Positions 1 through 7,653 of a stretch of DNA of 44,722 bases are shown here, piece after piece. This DNA is from a virus, in IMG/VR virus record IMGVR_UViG_3300045988_086091; one strand, written 5' to 3'. A program made the position numbers and the translations under genes. Each line of letters starts with the position of its first letter. The stretch's first letter is position 1. Below the pieces are notes generated by a model. It was not told the DNA's origin, ran no database searches, and saw only the letters and a program-made list of their open reading frames with translations.

Positions 1-96
1 AAAATAGGGTCCGTATATGGACCTTATCAAAGAAAATAGGGTCCGTATATGGACCCTATTCCGAAAAATAGGGTCCGTATACGGACCCATAATAAA
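1..96. repeat. Three tandem 32-bp repeats, each with an 18-bp palindrome GGGTCCGTATA(T/C)GGACC(C/T)
   Basis: Units at 1-32, 33-64 and 65-96. Palindromes at 7-24, 39-56 and 71-88; 71-88 is perfect. The first 23 nt of each unit are conserved and the last 9 nt vary. Confidence 0.95.
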
Positions 97-128
97 ACAG
101 TGGTCTTATAAACTTAATAAACAGTGGT
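91..128 (+). repeat. Direct repeat AATAAA(A)CAGTGGT, two copies
   Basis: Copies at 91-104 and 116-128, between the 32-bp array and the integrase gene. Confidence 0.85.
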
Positions 129-141
129 GGTGATCTTCTCC

Positions 142-160
142 TGTGCGCGCGCGTGCGCGT
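142..160. repeat. 19-nt perfectly alternating pyrimidine-purine tract (TGTGCGCGCGCGTGCGCGT)
   Basis: Read directly from the sequence. It has Z-DNA-type composition and lies upstream of int. Confidence 0.9.
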
Positions 161-270
161 AAAGAGTGATAGTCAGGTTTTGGGGTGACTTCCTCGGATT
201 TGGGGAGTTTTCTTCTCCCTGGCCTCTCAGAGCCCGTCAGAGCGCCGCAAGGCTGCACAGGGGAAAGTAT

Positions 271-1407
271 ATGCCCAGGACGCCTCTCGCGTGTCCTGGG
301 CCATCCTGGCCCGCGTGTGGCATTAAATTCATCGACCATGGGGAGGCGATTTCTATTCCGGCCTATAAAGACGAATTGCGGAATACCTGGTATGCATCCT
401 TCTACTACACGGACTGGCAGGGGAAGCGGCGGCTCAAGAAGAAGCGGGGCTTCCAGCGCAAGAAGGACGCCCTGGCCTTCGAGGATGAATTTCTCAAGGT
501 CCGGGCCCGGAGCTGCGACATGACCTTCCGGTCCTTCCTGGAGATATATCTCAAGGACATGGAGCCGCGGCTCAAGCAGAGCACCATGCAGAACAAGCGG
601 TATCTCTACGAACACCGCATACTGCCATTCTTCGGCGATCTCAAGCTGAACGAGATCACGTCGGCCCACGTGCGCCATTGGCAATCCGATCTGCTGGCGG
701 AGAACGTGGCGCCGACCTACGCGAAGACGATCAACAACCAGCTTTCCGCGGTCTTCAACTACGCCTGCAAATACTACGGCCTGGGCACAAATCCCGTCAG
801 AATGGCCGGCACGATAGGGAAGAAGAACGCCTCCGAGATGTCCTTCTGGACCGTTGATGAGTTCAACCAGTTCATCGGCCACGTGAAGAAGCTTCCGGCC
901 AGGACGGGCCTGTCGGTCCTGTTCTGGACCGGCCTCCGCATAGGGGAGCTGCTGGCCCTGGCCCCGTCCGACATCGACCTGGAGGCCCACACCCTGACCG
1001 TCCGCAGGACCTTCCAGACGATAGACGGGAAGGAGATCATCACGGAGCCGAAAACGCCAAAAAGCCGCCGGGTGGTGCCGCTGCCGGAGAAGCTATGCGA
1101 GGACATCAAGGCGTACATGGCCGCCCTCTACGAGCCCCAGCCAGACGACCGGCTGTTCCCGTACACGAAGCACTACTTCCGGCAGCAGATGTTGAAGGGC
1201 TGCCAGGCGGCCGGCATGGAGCCGATCAGGCTCCACGATCTCCGGCACTCCCACGCCGCCCTGCTCATCCGACTTGATACTCCTATCCTGCTGGTGAGCG
1301 AGCGCCTGGGCCACGAGGACATCGAAACGACCCTCCGCATATACGGCCACCTGTACCCCTCCGCGAACGACGAAACGGTCAAAAAACTGGATGATCTCAT
1401 GCGGTAA
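271..1407 (+). CDS. int: Tyrosine recombinase (phage integrase) with arm-binding-type N-terminus
   Basis: Lies in ORF 166-1407. Catalytic-region motifs HDLRHSHAALL and GHEDIETTLRIYGHLY. N-terminal YKDELRNTWYASFYYTDWQGKRR. Start is ambiguous: ATG 271, or ATT 355 lying 8 nt behind GGGGAGG. Confidence 0.9.
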   Translation: MPRTPLACPGPSWPACGIKFIDHGEAISIPAYKDELRNTWYASFYYTDWQGKRRLKKKRGFQRKKDALAFEDEFLKVRARSCDMTFRSFLEIYLKDMEPRLKQSTMQNKRYLYEHRILPFFGDLKLNEITSAHVRHWQSDLLAENVAPTYAKTINNQLSAVFNYACKYYGLGTNPVRMAGTIGKKNASEMSFWTVDEFNQFIGHVKKLPARTGLSVLFWTGLRIGELLALAPSDIDLEAHTLTVRRTFQTIDGKEIITEPKTPKSRRVVPLPEKLCEDIKAYMAALYEPQPDDRLFPYTKHYFRQQMLKGCQAAGMEPIRLHDLRHSHAALLIRLDTPILLVSERLGHEDIETTLRIYGHLYPSANDETVKKLDDLMR

Positions 1408-1426
1408 TGCCAAAATAATGCCACGG
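1404..1426 (+). repeat. 23-nt direct repeat copy 1 (GTAATGCCAAAATAATGCCACGG), overlapping the int stop codon
   Basis: Matches 1649-1671 at 22 of 23 positions. Confidence 0.9.
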
Positions 1427-1438
1427 GCAAAAAAAGAA

Positions 1439-1480
1439 GGCCCCTACCAGAACGAAAATGCTCTGGTAGGGGCCTTTTTC
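1439..1480 (+). terminator. Rho-independent terminator of int
   Basis: Perfect 13-bp stem (1439-1451 with 1462-1474), 10-nt loop, then TTTTT at 1475-1479. Confidence 0.85.
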
Positions 1481-1648
1481 TCTCGTTTTCTCCGTTTTTC
1501 TTGACTTTTCAGAAGCCTTTCCAAAAACGGTCCATTATTCCCACTCGATTGATGTAGTGTGGCTTGCGTTATATCAGGGGCTTTTCCGGTCTTTTTGAGG
1601 GCGCTTCGTTTGCCCGTTTCCTCTCAGTCTACGTGCCTCCGAGGTCCC

Positions 1649-1671
1649 GTAATGCCAAAATAATTCCACGG
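1649..1671 (+). repeat. 23-nt direct repeat copy 2 (GTAATGCCAAAATAATTCCACGG)
   Basis: Lies in the non-coding gap between the convergent int and endolysin genes. Confidence 0.9.
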
Positions 1672-1717
1672 CTTCGACCGGGGCCGCCCGTGATGAGCAC
1701 GCTCTATCACGCCGCAA

Positions 1718-2740
1718 TTATACCACAGACAGATAGCTCAGGGCAACCCAGGAATTGATCTCGGAGAGAAGGGCCTCCTGGGTGCCTTTGTGGGTGGCGA
1801 TCTGTTTCACGGTATAGCGCCGGGCGGTGCCGGAGACATAGGACGGGACCTTTGCCCCTCTGGCCGCCGTCAGGCCGCCGTACACGGCGTTCGTAGCGAC
1901 GGTGACGGTACTGCCTACCGTGACGGCCTTCGTGCCGCTGGAGGCCGCTCCGGTCTTCGTGGCGTAGTCCAGAGAAATCCAGCCAATGCCGGATTTGAGC
2001 TTGCCCCACTTCGAGGCGCCGGTTCCGCTGGCCTCGGCCACGATGGTATAGACACCGGGGGCGATGGTGCCCTTGGTGCCGTAGTTGGTGCCGGGGCCGC
2101 TGCGGATGTTGAGGTTGGTCGCCGTGATCTTCACCGTGTAGTTTACCGCAGTCTGAGCGCCGCCGCTGGTGCCGGTGCTGGGAGTGCTGGGAGAGGCAGA
2201 GCCCCCGGCCAGGCGCTTGTTGACCTCAGCGGCGATCTCATCATGCAGGTTATACAGGTAGTCACCGGGGCAGCTCTTGTTGGAGAACCAGCGATGGACG
2301 GTCATCACCATTTCCCCGGCCTTCGGCTGATAGGCGAGGGTCTTTGCCTTATCGCCAAACCAGAGGATCTTCGTTTTCCCGTTCCGGCGGCAGATGTCCG
2401 TCACCAGGTCCAGCAGCGTAGCATAGGCCGCGCTCGTGACCTTGTAGGGAGCGTAGGTATCAGAGGCAACCTCGATAGTGACAGCGCGGTTATCGTTGTC
2501 TGCGTTCGAGCTGCACCAGGAACGGTCCTTCTCTTCCACGTACATACCAACCTTGCCGTCCTTACCAATGCCGTAGTTGCTGCTGGCCTGCTTAGAGCTG
2601 GGGGCGAAGATACCGCCGAGGCTCTGGACCGTCACCTGGCCCACGACACAGTGGATGGTAATGCGGGTGATGTCGTACTTCCGGGGGCTGCTCTTATTCG
2701 GGCTGATCTGCGTATAGCTGACAAGGCTGCTGTTACTCAT
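1718..2740 (-). CDS. Endolysin: N-acetylmuramoyl-L-alanine amidase (Amidase_2/PGRP-like) with C-terminal SH3b-like domains
   Basis: Motifs ITIHCVVGQ, NADNDNRAVTIEV and HRWFSNKSCPGDY. C-terminal KWGKLKSGIGWISLDY-type repeats. ATG at 2740 overlaps the end of the holin gene. Confidence 0.85.
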   Translation of the reverse strand: MSNSSLVSYTQISPNKSSPRKYDITRITIHCVVGQVTVQSLGGIFAPSSKQASSNYGIGKDGKVGMYVEEKDRSWCSSNADNDNRAVTIEVASDTYAPYKVTSAAYATLLDLVTDICRRNGKTKILWFGDKAKTLAYQPKAGEMVMTVHRWFSNKSCPGDYLYNLHDEIAAEVNKRLAGGSASPSTPSTGTSGGAQTAVNYTVKITATNLNIRSGPGTNYGTKGTIAPGVYTIVAEASGTGASKWGKLKSGIGWISLDYATKTGAASSGTKAVTVGSTVTVATNAVYGGLTAARGAKVPSYVSGTARRYTVKQIATHKGTQEALLSEINSWVALSYLSVV

Positions 2741-3101
2741 GGTCGGTTTCCACCTTGTCCTCGGTGATCTCGGTGGTCGTCTCGATAGTAACGCCTTCAA
2801 TGGGGATGATACCCTGATTGAGCTCGTAGACGGCGGCCTCGATCAGGGCGTCAAGCTCATTCTCATCAACGGTGAAGCCGCGCTCTTTCAGCCAGGCGAT
2901 GACGTACTGCTTTTTCTCTTCGCCGCGTCCGCTGCCCTTGAAAATCTGCTCAGCAGCAGAGACGGCGATCTTCACCCAGGCATTGATCTCCTTCTGCTGC
3001 TCTGCGGTGGTCTTGGACCGGATGAAGGGAACGAGAATACAGGTGATGACGACGCCGATCAGGGCGGCGACAGCTTCGATAATAGGGGTCAGATCGTACA
3101 T
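2733..3101 (-). CDS. Holin, LL-H-like family
   Basis: N-terminal TM helix followed by an AEQ...G.G..K helical tail. SD AAAGGAGG. Directly upstream of the endolysin. Confidence 0.7.
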   Translation of the reverse strand: MYDLTPIIEAVAALIGVVITCILVPFIRSKTTAEQQKEINAWVKIAVSAAEQIFKGSGRGEEKKQYVIAWLKERGFTVDENELDALIEAAVYELNQGIIPIEGVTIETTTEITEDKVETDHE

Positions 3102-3119
3102 GGTAAATCCTCCTTTGTG

Positions 3120-3458
3120 TTATCCGATGGTGGGCGGGTCGCTGTTGCCGGACCCGTCCCCGGTGGTGGTGTTTGTGGTGTTGCTGGTGTTGAATGGCCT
3201 GCCGTCGGCGTCTATGCCGTGGCGGTTCCGGCTGACCTTTTCGGTCGCCGAGGCGGCGGCGTAGGATACCAGGTAGCCGATACAGGCAGTAAAGATGGTG
3301 GTGGTGACGTCGCTGGCAGTCTGCTTGTCCTTGAAGGCCAGGACATAGGAAGCCACCGCCGCAGCGGTGGCTATCACAACGGCCCAGGCGGCCAGCTTCT
3401 TCTTGAACTCCCACGGGCGGCGCTCTGGCTCTCTGGCCCGCTTCCCTTTGTATCCCAC
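3120..3458 (-). CDS. Two-TM membrane protein of the lysis cassette (holin/antiholin candidate)
   Basis: GTG start behind GAGGGGG. Two hydrophobic segments and a Thr/Asn-rich tail. Confidence 0.55.
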   Translation of the reverse strand: MGYKGKRAREPERRPWEFKKKLAAWAVVIATAAAVASYVLAFKDKQTASDVTTTIFTACIGYLVSYAAASATEKVSRNRHGIDADGRPFNTSNTTNTTTGDGSGNSDPPTIG

Positions 3459-3470
3459 GGCGGTTCCCCC

Positions 3471-3815
3471 TCAATCCATCAGGGCGCTTACGCCCTGCTT
3501 CGTGAGAAATTCCTTCTGCCGGTGCTTTACGGTGGTCGCATACTCCATGGCGCCTTTCATGTCGCCGTTGCAGTGTGCTTCCGGGATACGCTGGACGGCC
3601 TTTGCCGTGGCTTCCCCCAGGGCAATAGAGGCGCTGGTGCTCTCCACCAGAAGGACCATGAGGTCCTTTTGGGACTTCTCGTGCTGCTGGGCTTCCTTCT
3701 CCCGATCATCAATGCGGCGCTCCAGCTTCCACACGATAAAGCCCATGATCGCGCCGGGAATACCCATGGCCGCGACGAAGGCGATCAGGGCCTCGGTCAG
3801 GTTAATGGTAATCAT
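3471..3815 (-). CDS. Single-TM membrane protein with coiled-coil tail (holin or XhlA-like candidate)
   Basis: N-terminal hydrophobic helix LIAFVAAMGIPGAIMGFIVW, then a charged helical region. SD AAGGGGG. Confidence 0.55.
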   Translation of the reverse strand: MITINLTEALIAFVAAMGIPGAIMGFIVWKLERRIDDREKEAQQHEKSQKDLMVLLVESTSASIALGEATAKAVQRIPEAHCNGDMKGAMEYATTVKHRQKEFLTKQGVSALMD

Positions 3816-3826
3816 GGGCAGCCCCC

Positions 3827-4606
3827 TTACTCAGCGTCGGCTACCTGGTAGTAATCGTCGATCAGCGCCGGAGGGGCCCAATTCGCCTGCTTATTGAAGG
3901 CTCGCAGGACCTCATACTCGGTCCCGCCGTAGGTGAAGTGATCGCCCACCTGGAAGGTGTGGCCTTCATCCAGATCATCCCAATCCGGGACGTCGCCGGG
4001 CTCCGGCTCAGGTTCCGGGCCAGGTTCCGGCTCCGGCTCTTCGTAGAGCTTGTACTCGGACGGGACAAGGTGCGGGTAATGGGGCTCATAGAGCGTGACG
4101 CCCGCCTCCTTGATGGGGGTGTAGAGCTGATCGTCGATGGGGTCCCGCCGGACCGCGCCGAACGGGACGTGCTCTCCCCAAATGAAGTCCAGGTAGACGC
4201 CGGGCTCCTGGGGCTCGCTGCGAAGGGGACGGAACAGAGTGCGCCCTCCCTCGGTGCCGGGGGCCCATCCGGCCTGTGCCTGGTGCTGCACCTGGCAGAT
4301 GTAGAGCTCGCTGTCAGGGCCCACAATGGGCTCATCCTTGAAGACGGTCCCCATGCTGGCGCTCCAGACGCGGGTCCCGTCCGCGGCAGCAATCTGCTTG
4401 AGATCGTCGTCGGTGAAGTCACCGCTCACGACCTCACCGGCGCGAATGAGGTTCGCCTTGGCCCGGTTCACGTGGAGCTCAGGCAGGCCGGGCCCGCCCA
4501 GGGCCACCAGGGCCTCATGCGTTGCCAGGATGGCGGACCAGAGCTCGGAGGTGTCGTTACTCTTTTCCTGCTTCTGGTAGGCTCTGGCCTCTTCGAGATT
4601 TTTCAA
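3827..4606 (-). CDS. Tail-associated protein with two CBM5/12-like aromatic carbohydrate-binding motifs and a (PE)n linker
   Basis: TTG start behind GGGGAGGAA. C-terminal GDHFTYGGTEYEVLRAFNKQANWAPP and internal YICQVQHQAQAGWAPG. Linker EPEPEPGPEPEPEPG. Confidence 0.5.
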   Translation of the reverse strand: MKNLEEARAYQKQEKSNDTSELWSAILATHEALVALGGPGLPELHVNRAKANLIRAGEVVSGDFTDDDLKQIAAADGTRVWSASMGTVFKDEPIVGPDSELYICQVQHQAQAGWAPGTEGGRTLFRPLRSEPQEPGVYLDFIWGEHVPFGAVRRDPIDDQLYTPIKEAGVTLYEPHYPHLVPSEYKLYEEPEPEPGPEPEPEPGDVPDWDDLDEGHTFQVGDHFTYGGTEYEVLRAFNKQANWAPPALIDDYYQVADAE

Positions 4607-4621
4607 CGGTAATTCCTCCCC

Positions 4622-6319
4622 TTAGATGTAGCTGGCGGACAGAGAATAACAGGCGATGGCCTCATACCCTCCGGCCTTGGTGATGGTGACGCGGACGCCG
4701 ACGGCCCAGCTCTCAGCGGTCTTTGTGGTATTGCTGAAAATGTGCTTGAGGCCGAGCTGGGCGGTTTCCCAGGTGGGCGCTGCGTCGTTGTAGTTGTTGC
4801 AGACCTGCACAGTCACGCCGTCCTCGTGGGCGTTGTAGCGCATGGACACGAGGATTTTTTCAGCCGCCGCGCTGGTGTCGTCGACCTTCCAGTCAAAGTC
4901 AATGATGGAGACGGACCGGGAGAAGGTGATCGTCCGGGTGACGCTGTTCCCGGCGCTGTCCGTGACCTTGATCGTCATGGTGTGCTGCCCGGTGAGGCCG
5001 GCGAACTGTGCTTCGGTGAGGGCGAAGGTGTAACTCTGGTTCCGCGTGGCCGGGTCGATGGTGCGGACCGCTACGCCGTCCAGGCTCTCCACGATCACCA
5101 GCGGATCCGCCTCGTCGCCGTCGTTGACCGTGTACTGGTAGGACGGCGGGCTCGTGATGGTGCCGAGGTTCTGATCGGTGCCGCTGACCGTCGGGTCCAC
5201 GTTGTGGGTGACGGTCAGCGTCGGGCTGGTGGTGTATCCGCTGTATGCGTTCTTGCTGTCCTTTGCGCGGACGCGGTAGGCGACGGAGTTCATCGCCGTG
5301 GTGATCGTGTCGGTAAACTGCGTCGCGGCCCCGTCGTAGATTTTGGACCATGCGCCGCCGTTGTACTGCCGCTCCAGCTCATAGCTCACGGCGTCGGTGT
5401 CCGGGTCCACCGACGCCGCCCAGGACACGGTGAGGCCCTTCCCACTCCGCACATCTTCGGGCACGGTGATGGACGGGGGTGTGGTCGGTGCGTTGTTCCA
5501 GACAATCGTGTAGTATCCTTCACTGTCAGGAGTATCAGATACCAAGATGTCAGAGCTCAGATTCAAAGCCGGGCGCACGCCCCCGCGGCCGCCGTACGCG
5601 CTGAGGCTGTAGAGGCTCCCGTCCGAGTACACGCAGCGGACGCCGTCCGCGCTCGACGAATACGGGGAGCGGAGCCACCAGTACCAATACTGCGAAGCAC
5701 TCAAGCTGCTGTTGGTGTACTCGCTGTTGCTCACGGCCTGGGCCGTAGGCATGGCGCGTCTGCTGTTGTTATCGCTGAACATGGCGAGCTTGCTGCCCTC
5801 GGAAATTCCGTTCTCAGAACCGAGGCCGACCTCTGCCATAGACAGCAGGAAAACCTTGTCCTGCACAGTTTCGGAACCGCTGCCGTCCACGCTGGGCTTT
5901 GCAACGGTCAGGGTGGTGGTGAGTAGGGCGGCCAGCATTTCAGGGCTAAAGCCCGTCAGGAAGCCCGCCTGGGCGTCGTACTCGTTGTAGTTGCTCCAGA
6001 CATAGGCGTTGGAGGGGGCGCGGTCATAGCTGTGCTGCGCCTGATACCAGCCGGTGCCGCTCTTATTGAGCCACTGGCGGATATTTGCAAGGGAATAGCG
6101 GTTGTTACCGTAGTTCCGGCGGTCGTTGTTCCCGCCGCTCTCCGTGGCGTCGAAGCAGCAGATTTTGATGATCCGCTCGGTGACGAGGGTAACGGAGTTT
6201 GCAGGGTATCCCGCATGGCCTTTATCACCGATCACAAATCCGATGGGGACGCCGTAATATTTGGTGTTCGTATCTCTGACCTTTGCCAGGACAGGAAGGT
6301 TGCTGATCTTCTGCGGCAT
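4622..6319 (-). CDS. Receptor-binding/tail fibre protein: DUF6273-type domain, fibronectin type III domain and C-terminal domain
   Basis: YWYWWLRSP...GVRPALNL motif. FN3-like LTVSWAASVDPDTDAVSYELERQ...YRVRAKD. SD AAAGGAG. Confidence 0.75.
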   Translation of the reverse strand: MPQKISNLPVLAKVRDTNTKYYGVPIGFVIGDKGHAGYPANSVTLVTERIIKICCFDATESGGNNDRRNYGNNRYSLANIRQWLNKSGTGWYQAQHSYDRAPSNAYVWSNYNEYDAQAGFLTGFSPEMLAALLTTTLTVAKPSVDGSGSETVQDKVFLLSMAEVGLGSENGISEGSKLAMFSDNNSRRAMPTAQAVSNSEYTNSSLSASQYWYWWLRSPYSSSADGVRCVYSDGSLYSLSAYGGRGGVRPALNLSSDILVSDTPDSEGYYTIVWNNAPTTPPSITVPEDVRSGKGLTVSWAASVDPDTDAVSYELERQYNGGAWSKIYDGAATQFTDTITTAMNSVAYRVRAKDSKNAYSGYTTSPTLTVTHNVDPTVSGTDQNLGTITSPPSYQYTVNDGDEADPLVIVESLDGVAVRTIDPATRNQSYTFALTEAQFAGLTGQHTMTIKVTDSAGNSVTRTITFSRSVSIIDFDWKVDDTSAAAEKILVSMRYNAHEDGVTVQVCNNYNDAAPTWETAQLGLKHIFSNTTKTAESWAVGVRVTITKAGGYEAIACYSLSASYI

Positions 6320-6473
6320 GGTTTGAGGTTACACTCCTTTCAAAGATCGAGGCGCAAACCGCGTCGTACTTGGTGATAAGGGACCGGCATTGACCGTGGG
6401 AAGCATGAGCTCTCCAGCTCTGGTAGCTCTCTTCGATCTGCTTCCGGGTCATGGCCCCGTTTTCATACATCAC
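6225..6473 (-). CDS. Hypothetical ORF, possibly the out-of-frame C-terminal part of the Avd-like gene
   Basis: Overlaps the fibre gene start by 95 nt. No clear SD of its own. Confidence 0.25.
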   Translation of the reverse strand: MMYENGAMTRKQIEESYQSWRAHASHGQCRSLITKYDAVCASIFERSVTSNHAAEDQQPSCPGKGQRYEHQILRRPHRICDR

Positions 6474-6705
6474 CGCGTATTTCCGCAGCTTGCGCCTCAG
6501 CGACGGTCCGAGGAAATATCTCGTTGGCCGCTATTATGTCGTGAAGGATTTGAATTGAGATGTTCTGCATACGCTGGCAGAGGGTGAACCGCACCTTCTT
6601 CGGAAACAACTTCGTGTTGTTCGTGAGCTGCAAGGTATGATTTACAAGGTCTTTCGCCTTACAAACGATGGTTAGTTCACCGTGCCGGTTCTGCAAACCG
6701 GACAC
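6463..6705 (-). CDS. Avd-like four-helix-bundle protein, apparently truncated
   Basis: The segment LFPKKVRFTLCQRMQNISIQILHDIIAAN matches my recollection of the DGR accessory (Avd) consensus FPK..RF.LG.RI.N..L.IL..LI.A. It stops after about 77 codons. TTG 6696 behind AGGAGG is the likely start. Confidence 0.45.
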   Translation of the reverse strand: MSGLQNRHGELTIVCKAKDLVNHTLQLTNNTKLFPKKVRFTLCQRMQNISIQILHDIIAANEIFPRTVAEAQAAEIRGDV

Positions 6706-6920
6706 CTCCTTTCGCGCATGGCCTCGATCTCTTCCGCCGGTACGCCGTCCACTTCCAGGACGCCGGGCCGCACGCGGATGACGACCTTCTGGCCTTTATA
6801 TCCCAAACCGCAAAGCACAAGCCCCTCAATCCCTTCACAGGGACAAGGGGCTTGAAGTTCTGCGATCAGGTTCGGAATTAGGCAGCTCGCCTCTTCGGCG
6901 CTGCACAGGACGCCGCTCAT
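6672..6920 (-). CDS. Cys-rich 82-aa hypothetical protein
   Basis: ATG 6920 forms an ATGA overlap with the fibre gene stop. Motifs CPCEG and CPVCRTG. Confidence 0.5.
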   Translation of the reverse strand: MSGVLCSAEEASCLIPNLIAELQAPCPCEGIEGLVLCGLGYKGQKVVIRVRPGVLEVDGVPAEEIEAMRERRCPVCRTGTVN

Positions 6921-7648
6921 GCGGTGATGGAACGGCTGGTCTGGCTCCAAATGCCGTCCCGGATGACAATGCCGGTCAGGTTGAGGAAGTCCGCCGTCCT
7001 GTTGATACCGCCGGGCATATCGCCGGACATCAGATCATTCAGCAGGTCGATGTCCGTCTGATGATCGTTCAGAATGTCTTGCAGGCCGATAATATCGGCG
7101 ATCTCGTGGCTGTGGCCGATCAGGGCGTAGTCCTCAAGATCGACAATGCGGGCGAGCGCGTTCGGGTTGATGATCGCCTGGACGGACGTCGCGCTGGAGA
7201 TAATACTCTGGATTTCAAACGTGACAAGGGAGTTTGTAGCCCCTCCAGACGCCCGAATCCAGGACGGGTGCTCGTGCAGGTCCAGATAGGTGTAGGCCAC
7301 GTCGGCGCCGGTGTCCGGGTCCTCAACATAGAGGACCACGCCCTTACAGGGGAAGCCCACAGCAACGCCGATACTGGTCGCCTGGACCGTGACGGTCGCC
7401 TCGCCGGTTCCGGTGTTTTCAACCTTGGCGATCATTCCTTCTCCGGCCTCCTGGATGGGGCCGGTCAGCTCTTCGATCACGGTCCCTTCCGGGAGATCGC
7501 CGCTGTCAAGAAGAGCCTTTGTGTACTTAACGGGCCCGGCCTGGGCGAGGATACGGCCCAGGACCTCATAACCGCTATTGAGCGGCACGGCCCCGTCGTT
7601 GTCGGGTGTCGATTCGACCATGGGGTCGAGCTCAAAATCGTTTGGCAT
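6917..7648 (-). CDS. Tail fibre protein
   Basis: GHSHEIADIIGLQDILN motif typical of fibre proteins. Follows the baseplate genes. SD AGGAGG. Confidence 0.7.
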   Translation of the reverse strand: MPNDFELDPMVESTPDNDGAVPLNSGYEVLGRILAQAGPVKYTKALLDSGDLPEGTVIEELTGPIQEAGEGMIAKVENTGTGEATVTVQATSIGVAVGFPCKGVVLYVEDPDTGADVAYTYLDLHEHPSWIRASGGATNSLVTFEIQSIISSATSVQAIINPNALARIVDLEDYALIGHSHEIADIIGLQDILNDHQTDIDLLNDLMSGDMPGGINRTADFLNLTGIVIRDGIWSQTSRSITA

Positions 7649-7653
7649 TTCTG

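Noticed and set aside
1-96. The 32-bp periodic repeats at both window ends as a CRISPR array
   Set aside because: The conserved part is 23 nt and the variable part only 9 nt, with no spacer-length unique segments, no leader and no cas genes. It is a tandem protein-binding-type array.
1408-1717. A tRNA or tmRNA fragment marking the attP core
   Set aside because: I could not find a T-arm/acceptor-like sequence (GTTCGAATCC type) on either strand. The attP call therefore rests only on synteny.
5536-5642. The similarity between 5536-5642 and 32503-32609, together with the Avd-like ORF, as a DGR template/variable repeat pair
   Set aside because: No reverse transcriptase ORF exists in the window. 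The two segments differ by an indel and by substitutions at all base types, not adenine-specific ones. Both are in-frame coding copies of the same protein domain.
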